From Oligoflexia bacterium (GTDB lineage: Bacteria > Bdellovibrionota > UBA1018 > CAIMNF01), in contig CAIMWN010000266.1 in the NCBI GenBank assembly GCA_903845155.1, positions 3,517 to 67,516 of the forward strand: DNA of 64,000 bases, read 5' to 3'. The position numbers and the translations under genes are program-made. Numbering within the stretch: the first letter of the stretch is position 1; every line of letters begins with the position of its first letter. Shown in pieces: positions 48,107 to 58,847 of the stretch. The notes beneath the pieces were generated by a model. It ran no database searches. It was given only the letters and a program-made list of their open reading frames with translations, and was not told where the DNA came from.

Positions 48107-50074
48107 TTATTCTTCATCATTCGCCCGAAGCTTCTCCAGAACTGAAAAATCCTCAAGAGTTGAAGTGTCGCCACTCGTTTTTCCGGTGGTCACCATTTCA
48201 CGCAACAGGCGTCGCATGATTTTTCCTGAACGAGTTTTAGGGAGCGCATCGGTGAAGCGGATTTCATCGGGCTTGGCGATGGGGCCAATTTCTTTCGCTA
48301 CCCATTTTTTGAGGATCTCTTTCATTTCTTCAAAATCTTGAATGTTTTCTTTTGCGTGAGCTTTGAGGGTAACAAATGCAACAAGTGCGCTTCCCTTGAT
48401 TTCGTCAGGACGGGCAACCACCGCGGCTTCTGCAACGAGAGGGTTGGAAACGAGTGCGCTTTCTACTTCAGCAGTTCCGAGTCGATGACCACTAATGTTC
48501 ACGACATCGTCGACTCTTCCCATGATCCAAATATAGCCATCTTTATCTTTTCTAGCGCCATCGCCGGTAAAATAATATTTTTGTTTTTTGAACTCACCAA
48601 AATAGGTGTGCGCGTAGCGCTCGTGGTCTCCGAAAATAGTACGGAGCATGGAAGGCCACGGATGTTTCACGACGAGCAACCCACCCTCATTTGCTTTGCA
48701 GGGTTTTCCGTCTTTGTTTACGACATCTGCTAAAATTCCCGGTAGTGGCAAAGTTGCAGTTCCGGGTTTTAAAAATAATGCCCCTGGAATCGGCGCAATC
48801 ATGATGGAACCTGTTTCGGTTTGCCACCAGGTATCCACAATTGGGCAGCGCTTTTTACCGATAACATTGTAATACCACATCCACGCTTCTGGGTTGATGG
48901 GCTCACCTACGGAGCCCAGCAGGCGTAAAGAGGAAAGATCGTGTTTATTTGGAAACTCGTCACCCGAGCGCATAAAAGAACGAATGGCAGTTGGGGCGGT
49001 ATAGAAAATACTGATTCTATGTTTGGCGACCATAGACCAAAAGCGATCGGGGCCAGGATGAGTGGGAGCGCCTTCGTATAAGAAAACCGTGGAACCATTC
49101 ATGAGTGGACCGTAGGTAACGTAAGAATGCCCGGTTACCCAGCCGATGTCGGCGGTGCAAAAATAGATATCGTTTTCCTTTAAATCAAAAACTTCTTTCA
49201 TCGTATATTTCGTTTGAACGAGGTATCCACCGGTAGTGTGAAGAATTCCTTTTGGTTTTCCGGTCGATCCGCTCGTGTATAAAATGAAGAGAGGATGTTC
49301 GCTTTCAAGTGCTTCCGCTTTGCACTCATTTGATTGTTCATTCACGAGATCATGCCACCAGATATCCCGATTTGCTTGCATCGGAGTTTCCTGACCCGTT
49401 CTTTTTAGGACGACGACTGTCTTCAAAGTTTGAACGTGGTTGAGTACTTTGTTTACGGCACCCTTCAGTGATGAGGGTGAACCTCGGCGGAATGCGCCGT
49501 CTTGAGTAAGGAGTACTTTGGCACGAGAATCATTTAAGCGATCGCGAAGGGCTTCTCCTGAAAATCCACCAAATACGACATTATGAGTTGCGCCAATTCG
49601 CGCGCATGCAAGCATAGCGATCACGGCTTCCGGTACCATTCCTAAATAAATACCGACGACATCGCCTTTTTTAACGCCTAAGCTTTTCAATCCGTTAGCG
49701 AGTTTGTTTACTTCCAGGGCGAGCTGAAGATAAGTGAGTGTGCGGACATCGCCTGGTTCACCTTCCCAAATGAGGGCCGCCTTATTTCTGCGATTGGTGT
49801 TGAGATGAACATCAAGTGTATTTTCGGCTGCATTGATTTTTCCATCTGAAAACCATTTTACTACGGGGAATTTCCATTCGAGTGTTTTTTTGAAGGGTAT
49901 TTGCCAATGCAGATCTTTTGCCACTTGTGCCCAAAATAGAGTGGGGTTTTTATCGGCCTTATTTTTGATTTTTTTATAAGCCGCCACGCTCTTGATGTTT
50001 GCATTTTTGACAAACTCTTTGGATGGATGAAATTTACGATTTTCTTTTGATAGGGATGAAATGGAGTCGCTCAT
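48107..50074 (-). CDS. acs: acetyl-CoA synthetase (acetate--CoA ligase)
   Basis: AMP-binding motif YTSGSTGKPKG. The ~650-aa Acs architecture with a conserved C-terminal Lys region. Confidence 0.9.
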   Translation of the reverse strand: MSDSISSLSKENRKFHPSKEFVKNANIKSVAAYKKIKNKADKNPTLFWAQVAKDLHWQIPFKKTLEWKFPVVKWFSDGKINAAENTLDVHLNTNRRNKAALIWEGEPGDVRTLTYLQLALEVNKLANGLKSLGVKKGDVVGIYLGMVPEAVIAMLACARIGATHNVVFGGFSGEALRDRLNDSRAKVLLTQDGAFRRGSPSSLKGAVNKVLNHVQTLKTVVVLKRTGQETPMQANRDIWWHDLVNEQSNECKAEALESEHPLFILYTSGSTGKPKGILHTTGGYLVQTKYTMKEVFDLKENDIYFCTADIGWVTGHSYVTYGPLMNGSTVFLYEGAPTHPGPDRFWSMVAKHRISIFYTAPTAIRSFMRSGDEFPNKHDLSSLRLLGSVGEPINPEAWMWYYNVIGKKRCPIVDTWWQTETGSIMIAPIPGALFLKPGTATLPLPGILADVVNKDGKPCKANEGGLLVVKHPWPSMLRTIFGDHERYAHTYFGEFKKQKYYFTGDGARKDKDGYIWIMGRVDDVVNISGHRLGTAEVESALVSNPLVAEAAVVARPDEIKGSALVAFVTLKAHAKENIQDFEEMKEILKKWVAKEIGPIAKPDEIRFTDALPKTRSGKIMRRLLREMVTTGKTSGDTSTLEDFSVLEKLRANDEE

Positions 50075-50184
50075 AGTACATTAGGCTACTGCTGTGCATG
50101 AGGTGGGGCAAGAGGTAAATTGCAGTTAAACTTGCATAAAACAATCAACAAAACAGCTTTCTTCGTGATAATCTGATTCACGAT

Positions 50185-51363
50185 ATGAAAAAATTTAGAC
50201 TTCTTACGCCAGGCCCCACAGCAATTCCTGAAAAAGTGCTCGCAAAGTTTGCAGAGCCCATTGTGCATCATCGCACATCCCTTTTTGAGGCTCAGTTTAA
50301 GGAACTTCAATCCCAACTTCAGTGGTTATTTCAAACTAAAGAAATAGTACTTACATTAACATCAACCGGAACGGGTGCCATGGAAGCCGCGGTTGCCAAT
50401 TTGTTTTCTGGTATGAATGCCAGTACTCCCCATGCAGATGAAGTCATTACCGTGAACGCCGGAAAGTTTGGTGAACGCTGGACTAAAATTGCGAAGGCAT
50501 ACAATTTGAATACGCATGAAATTGTTGTAGAACGCGGTAAGGCCGTTACCATAGCTGCGATTGAAAAAGAATTGCGTGCGCATCCTCAAGTGAAAGCGGT
50601 TTTATTTCAAGCTTCAGAAACTTCAACGGGTGCGTTGATGCCGATCAAAGCCATCGCTGATCTCTGTAAAAAGCACCAGGTGCTCAGTGTTTGTGATGGC
50701 ATCACTGCTGTTGGTATTTTTGATGTGCCAATGGACGCGTGGGAGTTAGATGTTCTGATCACCGGAAGTCAAAAAGCACTCATGTTGCCTCCGGGGCTTG
50801 CGTTTATTGCGCTCAGTGCACGAGCATGGAAGGCGAATGAGTCGAGTAATCTGCCTAAATTTTATTTTGATTTAAAAAAGGAAAGGAAAGCACAAGAGAA
50901 AATGCAAACCGCATGGACTCCAGCCATTTCCTTGGTTCAGGGTGCCGTAGTTTCACTTAAAATGCTCCAGGATGAGGGGCATCAGAAATTGTTTGCGACC
51001 CATGAAATGTTGGCATTAGCGACCCGAAATGCTGCAACTGCGCTCGGGCTTGAGTTGTTTTCAGACGCGCCCTCTCCAGTACTCACTACGGTAAAGGTTC
51101 CTGCCAAATTTACGGTCGATGAAGGAAAGAAGATTGCTAAAATCATGCAGGAAAAATACGGCGTGATCATCACTGGTGGACAAGACGAACTGATGGGGAA
51201 AATATTAAGACTTTCTCATTTTGGTTATTGCGATATTTTTGATGTGGCGAATGGAATTTCCGCTTTGGAATTAGCATTGCTTGAATTAGCTTACCCCTTA
51301 GAATTAGGCAAAGGTGTTGCAGCGGTCATGAAGACATTCAAGGACTCTGGTCTAGCTCTCTGA
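50185..51363 (+). CDS. class V aminotransferase (serine-pyruvate / alanine-glyoxylate type)
   Basis: PLP-Lys context TGSQKAL. About 390-aa fold-type I pattern. Confidence 0.7.
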   Translation: MKKFRLLTPGPTAIPEKVLAKFAEPIVHHRTSLFEAQFKELQSQLQWLFQTKEIVLTLTSTGTGAMEAAVANLFSGMNASTPHADEVITVNAGKFGERWTKIAKAYNLNTHEIVVERGKAVTIAAIEKELRAHPQVKAVLFQASETSTGALMPIKAIADLCKKHQVLSVCDGITAVGIFDVPMDAWELDVLITGSQKALMLPPGLAFIALSARAWKANESSNLPKFYFDLKKERKAQEKMQTAWTPAISLVQGAVVSLKMLQDEGHQKLFATHEMLALATRNAATALGLELFSDAPSPVLTTVKVPAKFTVDEGKKIAKIMQEKYGVIITGGQDELMGKILRLSHFGYCDIFDVANGISALELALLELAYPLELGKGVAAVMKTFKDSGLAL

Positions 51364-51402
51364 TTGGTTTTACCGTCAGTATAGTAATGATCGGGGGATC
51401 GT

Positions 51403-52944
51403 GTGTTGAAATCCTTTTTTTTGATGCTTGCACTTGTTTCCATTTCTTACGCAGACTCGGGAGTTAAGGCATTTGCTCCTGCTGCTGCTTTCAAAATTAA
51501 TTTTTACGTTCAAAAGCTTTTTGAGACCGAAACGGTTGCGCCTGTATTTATTTTATTGAAACAAGAAGCGGATTTGAGTCGAGCTGCTCAATACCCATCC
51601 AAAACGGAAAAAGCCACTTACCTTTACGAAACTCTGGTCGCTCATGCGAATGCTACGCAAGGTAATATCGTGAGTATCCTGAAACAAAAAAATCTAAATT
51701 TCGTTCGCTATTTTATTTCCAATGCGATTTTAGTTCAAAAGGCAGATCGCGCAACGATCGAGCAAATCGCCCTTCTTCCTGAAGTGAAAAAAATTGTAGG
51801 GAATCCAAGCGTGCCCTTCTCTGTGCCGCTCAATTTGGGTGTGGAATCCAAGGTGAGTCTATTTAGTGAAATGGCCGCTCCTTCAGGCGCGGGTCCAAAT
51901 ATCGCTTCCACCGGTGCCGATAGGGCATGGTTGGAGTTCAATGTCCGCGGGCAGAGCATCGTGGTCGCCGGGCAAGATACGGGTGTGGAGTGGAATCATC
52001 CCGCCCTGAAAAACCAATACCGCGGGTGGAATGGCACTGCCGTAAACCACGATTATAATTGGCATGATGCTGTCCATTTTCAGATTAACCCTGAATTGAA
52101 ATCACCCTGCGGATACGAAAACCTAACACCTTGTGATGATGACCGACATGGCACTCACACTATGGGTACCATGGTAGGCTCGGACGGTGGCCCCAATCAA
52201 ATTGGAATGGCCCCCAAGGCTCGCTGGATCTCTTGCAAGAATATGGATAAAGGTTTCGGAAATCCAGCTACTTACCTCGAGTGCTTTCAGTTTTTTCTCG
52301 CACCCACCCCTATCAATGGAGATCCTTTTACGATGGGGAGACCGGACCTTGCACCCGATGTGATTAACAATTCATGGGGCTGCAATAAGGATGAGGGTTG
52401 TGATGGCGATGAAATGTTACCTGCTCTGAAAGTGATGAAAGCTGCCGGCATTATGGTAGTGGTTTCTGCGGGAAATGATGGGCCTGGTTGTGCAACCATT
52501 AAAGAACCGCCTGCAATGAATGTAGACTGGGTGCTCAGTGTAGGGGCTCATGATCAGCGCACCGGGAAAATTGCGAGTTTCTCAAGTCGAGGCCCGTCTG
52601 CCGGAAATGGAAAACCGGGACCAGATGTTACAGCACCAGGAGTGAAAATTCGCTCATCTGTGCCAGGCGGTAAGTATGAAGATGATGGGGCCAGTCCATG
52701 GAGTGGAACTTCAATGGCGGGGCCACATGTGGCCGGTCTGATTGCACTCATGTGGTCGGCTAACCCAAAACTCATTGGAAAAATCGATCAAACAATCGAT
52801 CTCATTCACAAAACTGCGCTAGGAACAGTGTCTTTACAGAGTTGTGGGGGATTGAAGGGGGATTCCCGACCAAATAATGTCTTTGGTTACGGTCGTATTC
52901 GCAGCTATGAAGCAGTTCAGGCTGCAATGAAGATGAATAGATAA
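51403..52944 (+). CDS. secreted S8-family subtilisin-like serine peptidase
   Basis: Catalytic triad motifs AGQDTGV (Asp), HGTHTMGT (His) and GTSMAGPHVAG (Ser). Signal peptide. Confidence 0.9.
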   Translation: MLKSFFLMLALVSISYADSGVKAFAPAAAFKINFYVQKLFETETVAPVFILLKQEADLSRAAQYPSKTEKATYLYETLVAHANATQGNIVSILKQKNLNFVRYFISNAILVQKADRATIEQIALLPEVKKIVGNPSVPFSVPLNLGVESKVSLFSEMAAPSGAGPNIASTGADRAWLEFNVRGQSIVVAGQDTGVEWNHPALKNQYRGWNGTAVNHDYNWHDAVHFQINPELKSPCGYENLTPCDDDRHGTHTMGTMVGSDGGPNQIGMAPKARWISCKNMDKGFGNPATYLECFQFFLAPTPINGDPFTMGRPDLAPDVINNSWGCNKDEGCDGDEMLPALKVMKAAGIMVVVSAGNDGPGCATIKEPPAMNVDWVLSVGAHDQRTGKIASFSSRGPSAGNGKPGPDVTAPGVKIRSSVPGGKYEDDGASPWSGTSMAGPHVAGLIALMWSANPKLIGKIDQTIDLIHKTALGTVSLQSCGGLKGDSRPNNVFGYGRIRSYEAVQAAMKMNR

Positions 52945-53023
52945 TCTTTATAGAAATCAGTTGATAGAGAACTGAACTTCTGATAGGAATTAAATCTCTA
53001 TTTTTTTCAAAAATGAGTGAACG

Positions 53024-53096
53024 AGCCCTTAGCTCAGTTGGTAGAGCATTTCACTTTTAATGAAAGGGTCGATGGTTCGAATCCATCAGGGCTCAC
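53024..53096 (+). tRNA. tRNA-Lys (anticodon UUU)
   Basis: Cloverleaf folded by hand. Acceptor GAGCCCT/AGGGCTC. D-arm GCTCAGTTGGTAGAGC. Anticodon loop CTTTTAA. T-arm GATGGTTCGAATCCATC. CCA encoded. Confidence 0.9.
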
Positions 53097-53112
53097 CATT
53101 TTTGAAAAAAGT

Positions 53113-53781
53113 ATGATTCTTTTTAATCCCCAAAATATTCTGATCATTGGAGTGTTGGTCTTACTAGAAGGCCTGCTTTCCATTGATAATGCATTAGTTC
53201 TGGCGATTCTTGCCCGTGGAGTAGAGCCCAAGCTTCAGAATAAAGTTCTAACTTATGGTTTAATTGGAGCCGTATTTTTTAGATTGTTGGCTATTGGAGC
53301 AGCGAATGCGCTGATTCAATTTTACTGGATGAAGTTTATTGGCGGGGCCTATTTGCTTTGGCTCGCTTTAAAATATTTTGTCATTGATGGCGAACAGGAT
53401 CGAAACAAACCCATCACGATGCGTAGCTTTTGGATGACCGTCATCTTGGTCGAACTTACGGATATTGCCTTTGCAATGGATTCCATTTTGGCTGCCGTGG
53501 CGATGACTAATCAGTATTGGATCATAGTTACGGGTGCACTCATTGGTACTGTGATGATGCGATTTGCGGCAATTGCATGCATTCGCTTACTCGAAAAGTT
53601 CCCGAAACTCGAAGATACGGCCTATATACTCATTACCATTATAGGACTAAAGGTGATCATCGAAGGTTTTCGGATTAACGGTGTGGATTTCCAATCATCA
53701 CATAGTCCATGGTTTTGGGCTCAATGGCTGAGTATGGCTGCTTCCATTGGATACGGATTCAAAAAGAAAGCTGCAACCTAA
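53113..53781 (+). CDS. TerC-family integral membrane protein
   Basis: MILFNPQNILIIGVLVLLEGLLSIDNALVLAIL conserved TerC N-terminus. The tracked ORF start at 53017 lies inside the tRNA and was rejected. Confidence 0.7.
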   Translation: MILFNPQNILIIGVLVLLEGLLSIDNALVLAILARGVEPKLQNKVLTYGLIGAVFFRLLAIGAANALIQFYWMKFIGGAYLLWLALKYFVIDGEQDRNKPITMRSFWMTVILVELTDIAFAMDSILAAVAMTNQYWIIVTGALIGTVMMRFAAIACIRLLEKFPKLEDTAYILITIIGLKVIIEGFRINGVDFQSSHSPWFWAQWLSMAASIGYGFKKKAAT

Positions 53782-53798
53782 AATCTAGCTATCGAATC

Positions 53799-55151
53799 TC
53801 ACTCGCTTTTGTAATCTTGGACTTCAATGTCTTTTTCATTCATTCCAAGGGTTTTTGCTATCTCTGCCTTTGAAATACTGGAAGTCGCTACCAGTCCGAT
53901 CATCATTCGTTCGGGAGTGAGAAAATCCTTGAGGGCTTGGTTCGCTTGATCGAGTGTGAGTTTCTGTATTCGACTGGCAAATTCACGATGGTAGCCATCT
54001 GGAAGATGGTAGATTTTTTCAATCAAGTTGTTTTCTAGGCGTTTCGAAGGAGTGTTGTAATTGAAGCCTGCGCTGTTGGTGAGACTTGTTTTTGCGGCAT
54101 CAAATTCTGCTTGAGTCAGGCCGCGATCTCTAAATTCCGTAACTAAGCGGAGAGCTTCTTTGATGGCTGCTGGAGTATCGCCATTTTTCGGGAAGAAACT
54201 AATCCTCCAGGTGTGGGGTTGATTGCCCAGCTTGAACCCGCTCCCAGCACCATAAGTCCAACCTCGTTTTACTCTGAGTTCAATCATGAGTCGCGATTGA
54301 AAAGAGCCACCACCAAATGCGTAGTTGGCAAGTTGAAGTGCGTCTAGCCGTGGATCATTAAATGCAACTCCTCTTTGTGCGATCATGACCTGCGTTTGGG
54401 TTCGCTCAGGTTTATCAAAGATCACCACACGTAACTTTTTAGGGTCATTCGTAAAATCAGGGATGCTATCAATATGAAAATGGTCTGCGCGTTTCACTGC
54501 GATGTCATTCATGAATGACTTAAAATCACTTTCGTTGGCATCTCCCGCTGTGAGAACCAACATTTGCGCATCATTGATAAGATTTGAATATTGTTTGCTC
54601 AAGTCGTTCACGGTGAGGGTTTGAATGTCTTTGACTCTGCCATTATTGTTTTTCGCAAAGGGGTGTCCTTTAAAGTAGGCTTGATCAAACCTAAGTCGAA
54701 TCAGGTCGCGATCCTGACCGAGTTCATCAAGTAGATTAGAAACATGCTCTTTCTTCAGCTTTTCAAGCTCTTGTGGTCTGAATGAAGGGCTGGTGATGAT
54801 CTCACTTAAAAGCGACAAAAATGGTTTTAGGTTTTCAGATAAAACCGTCGCCCGAAGAGCCACGAATTCTGCATGGGTTTCTACGCCTAAGTTTGCGCCC
54901 AGCTGATCGAGTGTAATATCAATTTGATTCTTGGTTTTAGATTTAGTCCCCCTCAACATGAGTTTGCCCATGATGTCAGTGACTCCGTTCTTATGATCAG
55001 GATCCTGTGCCGAACCACCTCTAAATGCAACGGTGATATACACTAAAGGAAGTGCCCGGTCTTGCTCAAAGAAAAGCTCAGCCGCCTTTGCAGTAACGGA
55101 TGAAAGTAAGAGAAGCGAAAAGGCAAGAGAGAGTCTGTTTTTCGATTTCAT
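53799..55151 (-). CDS. M16-family peptidase, non-catalytic (no HxxEH) subunit
   Basis: Signal peptide. Same size and architecture as the neighbouring M16 peptidase, but the zinc motif is absent. Confidence 0.7.
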   Translation of the reverse strand: MKSKNRLSLAFSLLLLSSVTAKAAELFFEQDRALPLVYITVAFRGGSAQDPDHKNGVTDIMGKLMLRGTKSKTKNQIDITLDQLGANLGVETHAEFVALRATVLSENLKPFLSLLSEIITSPSFRPQELEKLKKEHVSNLLDELGQDRDLIRLRFDQAYFKGHPFAKNNNGRVKDIQTLTVNDLSKQYSNLINDAQMLVLTAGDANESDFKSFMNDIAVKRADHFHIDSIPDFTNDPKKLRVVIFDKPERTQTQVMIAQRGVAFNDPRLDALQLANYAFGGGSFQSRLMIELRVKRGWTYGAGSGFKLGNQPHTWRISFFPKNGDTPAAIKEALRLVTEFRDRGLTQAEFDAAKTSLTNSAGFNYNTPSKRLENNLIEKIYHLPDGYHREFASRIQKLTLDQANQALKDFLTPERMMIGLVATSSISKAEIAKTLGMNEKDIEVQDYKSE

Positions 55152-56572
55152 TATTTTTTATCCTTCGTTTGAGTTTGTTTTTTTGGAACTGCGGTGATGA
55201 CCGTAAGCTTAGTGGTGTCAAAATAAGTTTTAGCAGTTTCTTGTATCTGTTCGGCGGTGACGTTTTGAATTCTATTTTGAAATTGTATTCCCTGTTCAAA
55301 ATTTCCGAACATCACATCGTTATCGCCAATGAAATGAGCTTTACCATTTGAAGTAGCCATTCTTTCAAAAAATTTAAAGCGAATGATATTCTTAGCGCGC
55401 TTCATTTCATCGTCAGGAATGGGCGTATTTTTGAGCCGGTCGAGTTCACGTAAAATAATGGCCTCTGCGACTCCCGCCGTCTTTCCTTTTTGTAAGTCTG
55501 CGATCACAGAAAATAAGCCGGGATCTTTCATAGCGAATGAGCCGGAGCTCACCCCAGCGGCGATGCCTGATTCCACGAGTGCACGATCAAGGCGACTATT
55601 CATTCCATCAGTTAAAACTGCTTGAATCACTTCAAAGATGGCAGTTTCAGGAGAATCGTATTTTGGAGTCTTAAAGCCCATCCATAATTTTTCTACTTCG
55701 CTATTGATGTATTCCTTTTTTCTTCGCTGTGCAGTTTGTTCAGGCTCTGGCGTAATGACTCCGTCAGGAGTGTGTTTGGCAGCGATATGGCCATAGGCGC
55801 TCTCTACTTTCCTGAGTACTTTATCTTCATCAACATCACCTACGACCACAATCGTCGCACGGTCGGGAGAATAGTATCGCTCGTAAAAATCGCGGGCATC
55901 CTGTGAGGTCATCATGTTGAGATCTTGCTCATACCCAATCACCGGCCAATGATAGGGATGCGTTTTATAAGCGAGCTCAAATAAAGATTCATAAATGAGT
56001 CCCTCGGCAGAGTTCTCTCTTCTAAAGCGACGTTCATTTTGAACTACATCTCGTTCGGTCTTAAAAGACTCATCATTTACAATGAGATTCACCATTCGAT
56101 CGCTTTCGAGTCCAATAATGAGATCTAGATATTCCTTGGGAAGTTCCTGGACGTAATCCGTATGATCTGTGGATGTGGAAGCGTTCAGACCTTCTGCACC
56201 GGCTTGCTCAAGGAGCGCATCAAATTCCCCTTCTTTGTGGCTCCGGGTCCCCTTGAACATGAGATGCTCAAAAAAGTGAGCGAGGCCGGTCTTACCAAAA
56301 ATTTCATTTCGCGAGCCCACATTGAACCAGGTCTGATAGGCAAAAGTAGGCGACGAAGCATCGCGTACAATGATGAGTTTTAGCCCATTATCAAGGATTG
56401 CTCTCTTCGCATAAAAATTACCAACGAGGGGAATGACGTCAAAGCGTCCTTCTCGCACCACCTTTTCGTTTACGGTACTGGTTTCTTTTTTCTCGGGATG
56501 ATGGGCACACGATTGAAGCGAAAGCACTCCGAAGAAAAGTGCGATCAGGGGTGAGAAGATTTTATTTTGCAT
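55151..56572 (-). CDS. M16-family zinc peptidase (pitrilysin-like), catalytic subunit
   Basis: Inverted zinc motif HFFEHLMFKGT (HxxEH). Lipoprotein-like signal ending SLQSC. Confidence 0.85.
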   Translation of the reverse strand: MQNKIFSPLIALFFGVLSLQSCAHHPEKKETSTVNEKVVREGRFDVIPLVGNFYAKRAILDNGLKLIIVRDASSPTFAYQTWFNVGSRNEIFGKTGLAHFFEHLMFKGTRSHKEGEFDALLEQAGAEGLNASTSTDHTDYVQELPKEYLDLIIGLESDRMVNLIVNDESFKTERDVVQNERRFRRENSAEGLIYESLFELAYKTHPYHWPVIGYEQDLNMMTSQDARDFYERYYSPDRATIVVVGDVDEDKVLRKVESAYGHIAAKHTPDGVITPEPEQTAQRRKKEYINSEVEKLWMGFKTPKYDSPETAIFEVIQAVLTDGMNSRLDRALVESGIAAGVSSGSFAMKDPGLFSVIADLQKGKTAGVAEAIILRELDRLKNTPIPDDEMKRAKNIIRFKFFERMATSNGKAHFIGDNDVMFGNFEQGIQFQNRIQNVTAEQIQETAKTYFDTTKLTVITAVPKKQTQTKDKK

Positions 56573-56657
56573 ATATTGATTATGTATGAATAAAACAAAA
56601 ATGTCAGTGTTGGAGTGTTGACTGTAAGCGCAGTACGACCTACTCTAAAATCTACTC

Positions 56658-57452
56658 ATGAGGATCAGAAATCAACATCAAGCTCCAGCGAAAGCTCCAC
56701 AGAAAAACGCGTTGCATTTTGTGGCGGCATTTCTCGTTTTGGCTGCTTTTGTTTTTGGTGTCGTGCAAGCAGTGCACTCTTCTCTGTTCAATTTAAACGA
56801 TATTGTGGTTCAGCCTCTTTCGGAAGCGTATCCGATTACTGAAGCGCAGATACTTGCATTGGCGAGAGTGCCGATGACTCGAGTAAATCTCTTTGATTTG
56901 AATTTAGAACCCATCACTGCGCGTTTAATCAAACATCCCTGGATCAAGGGTGTGGTTTTAGGTAAGCAGTTTCCCCACTCACTTTCAATTAAGGTGATCG
57001 AAAGGGTTCCAGTCGCCCTATTGACGGAAGAAAAGGGTAAAGTTCTCTACTTAGAAGGCGATGGAGCTTCTTTTGAAGATCAAGCGATGACGTATGTGAA
57101 GGATTTGCCTATTATTGAAGGATTTATGGCAAATGATATCGTTCATCTCAAACAAGTGAATGCGTTTATAGCCGCATGGTTTGATGCCGGCAAAATTCCA
57201 GGTTTAAGGCTTTCGAGTGTCAGCTACAACGACAAACTAGGTTTACGGGCAGTGGTGTTATATCCCATGAAAAACAATCAGCAGATGAGAAGTGTTTTGG
57301 AGCTTGGCCTTAATATAGAGGAGGCGACCCAAATTCCACAGGGCCGGCTTCACCAGGTTTTGAAGTATTTGGCAGAGCGTTCAATGCAAGCGTCAAAGAT
57401 TTGGCTAGGAGATGGTAAGAAAATCGTTGTCAAAATTTCGAGAGGTTCATAA
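56658..57452 (+). CDS. ftsQ: cell division protein FtsQ (POTRA domain)
   Basis: N-terminal TM. POTRA-like region. Lies immediately upstream of ftsA and ftsZ. Confidence 0.7.
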   Translation: MRIRNQHQAPAKAPQKNALHFVAAFLVLAAFVFGVVQAVHSSLFNLNDIVVQPLSEAYPITEAQILALARVPMTRVNLFDLNLEPITARLIKHPWIKGVVLGKQFPHSLSIKVIERVPVALLTEEKGKVLYLEGDGASFEDQAMTYVKDLPIIEGFMANDIVHLKQVNAFIAAWFDAGKIPGLRLSSVSYNDKLGLRAVVLYPMKNNQQMRSVLELGLNIEEATQIPQGRLHQVLKYLAERSMQASKIWLGDGKKIVVKISRGS

Positions 57453-57571
57453 GATTCTCTAAGAACGGTTGCGTCAGGTGGTTTTTTGTCGCAATTGATC
57501 AGAATTTGATGCTAAACTTTCAAGTGAAGCCAAGCCGCGGAGCTTGAGGGGGCTAGCCCATAGGAGGGGCG

Positions 57572-58801
57572 TTGCGTATGACAAAGAAGGAATTTATTGT
57601 CGGTCTCGACATTGGTACTACGAAAGTAGTTTGCTTAGTGGGTGAATATCACCACGACGGAAACGCAATTGACATTGTGGGATTTGGCCAAGCTCCTTCA
57701 GTCGGACTCCGCAAGGGAGTCGTCATCAACATCGATTCAACCGTGGATGCAATTAAAAAAGCGGTAAAAGAAGCCGAGAATATGGCAGGAATTAAAATTA
57801 ATTCTGCTTATGTCGGAATTGCAGGCACTCATATTAAATCTTTCAACTCATCCGGAGTGGTCGCAGTAAAAGATAAAGAAATTAATGCACAAGATGTTCA
57901 GCGCGTGATTGATGCAGCAAAAGCAATCATGATCCCACAAGATCGCGAAGTTCTTCATGTGATTCCGCAAGAATTCATCATTGATGATCAAGATGGTATT
58001 CGTGAGCCTATTGGAATGAATGGCGTACGCTTAGAAGCGAAAGTACATATCGTTACCGGAGCCATTAGTTCTGCCCAAAACTTAATTAAATGTGCAAACC
58101 GTGCCGGAATTAGTGTTACACAATTGTGTTTACAGCCCATCGCGTCTGCATATGCGGTGCTCACTCAAGATGAAAAAGAACTTGGTGTTGCTTTAGTTGA
58201 TATTGGTGGTGGAACTACTGATATTGCTATTTTCAGAGAAGGTTCACTCCTCTATACCAGTGTTTTACCGGTGGGTGGCGTTCATATTACGAACGACATT
58301 TCAGTAGGAATCAGAGCTTCCCTGGATGCAGCAGAGAAAATTAAACTCACCCATGGTTGCGCAATGGCTTCATTAGTAAAAGATGATGAAACGATTGAAG
58401 TGCCTGCAGTGGGTGAGGGAAAAGCACGTGTAGTACCTCGTAAAATATTGGCTGAAATTATTGAACCACGAGTGGAAGAAATGTTTTCACTCATTCAACA
58501 AGAAATTAATAAGTCAGGTTACAGCGATTTGCTTTCGGCAGGCGTGGTTCTTACCGGTGGAACAACACTGCTCCAGGGCATGATTGAACTGGGCGACTTT
58601 TTATTTGAAATCCCACTCAAGCGTGGCGTGCCTATTCGTTTAGGCGGCCTCAAGGAAGTGGTGAATTCACCGAAATTTTCAACTGCAGTGGGCTTACTGA
58701 AATATGGAGCTGAGCAAATGGATGTGATTCCTCAACATGAAGAGGGCATGATCGGTAAGCTTGGTGATTCAGTAAAAAGTTGGATGAAAGATTTGTTTTA
58801 A
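57572..58801 (+). CDS. ftsA: cell division protein FtsA
   Basis: Actin-fold motifs VGLDIGTTKV and DIGGGTTD. C-terminal amphipathic helix. Confidence 0.92.
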   Translation: MRMTKKEFIVGLDIGTTKVVCLVGEYHHDGNAIDIVGFGQAPSVGLRKGVVINIDSTVDAIKKAVKEAENMAGIKINSAYVGIAGTHIKSFNSSGVVAVKDKEINAQDVQRVIDAAKAIMIPQDREVLHVIPQEFIIDDQDGIREPIGMNGVRLEAKVHIVTGAISSAQNLIKCANRAGISVTQLCLQPIASAYAVLTQDEKELGVALVDIGGGTTDIAIFREGSLLYTSVLPVGGVHITNDISVGIRASLDAAEKIKLTHGCAMASLVKDDETIEVPAVGEGKARVVPRKILAEIIEPRVEEMFSLIQQEINKSGYSDLLSAGVVLTGGTTLLQGMIELGDFLFEIPLKRGVPIRLGGLKEVVNSPKFSTAVGLLKYGAEQMDVIPQHEEGMIGKLGDSVKSWMKDLF

Positions 58802-58847
58802 GAAACAAAGTTAAGAAAAACAACAAACGTAAGGAGGCGTTTTACCT

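Noticed and set aside
53024-53096. tRNA-Lys as an integration site for a mobile element
   Set aside because: No integrase, no direct repeat of the tRNA 3' end, and no compositional break seen downstream. The flanking genes (S8 protease, TerC, M16 peptidases) look chromosomal.
53017-53781. Tracked 254-aa ORF starting at 53017
   Set aside because: Its first 27 codons run through the tRNA-Lys gene. The TerC-like protein starts at the ATG at 53113 (MILFNP...).
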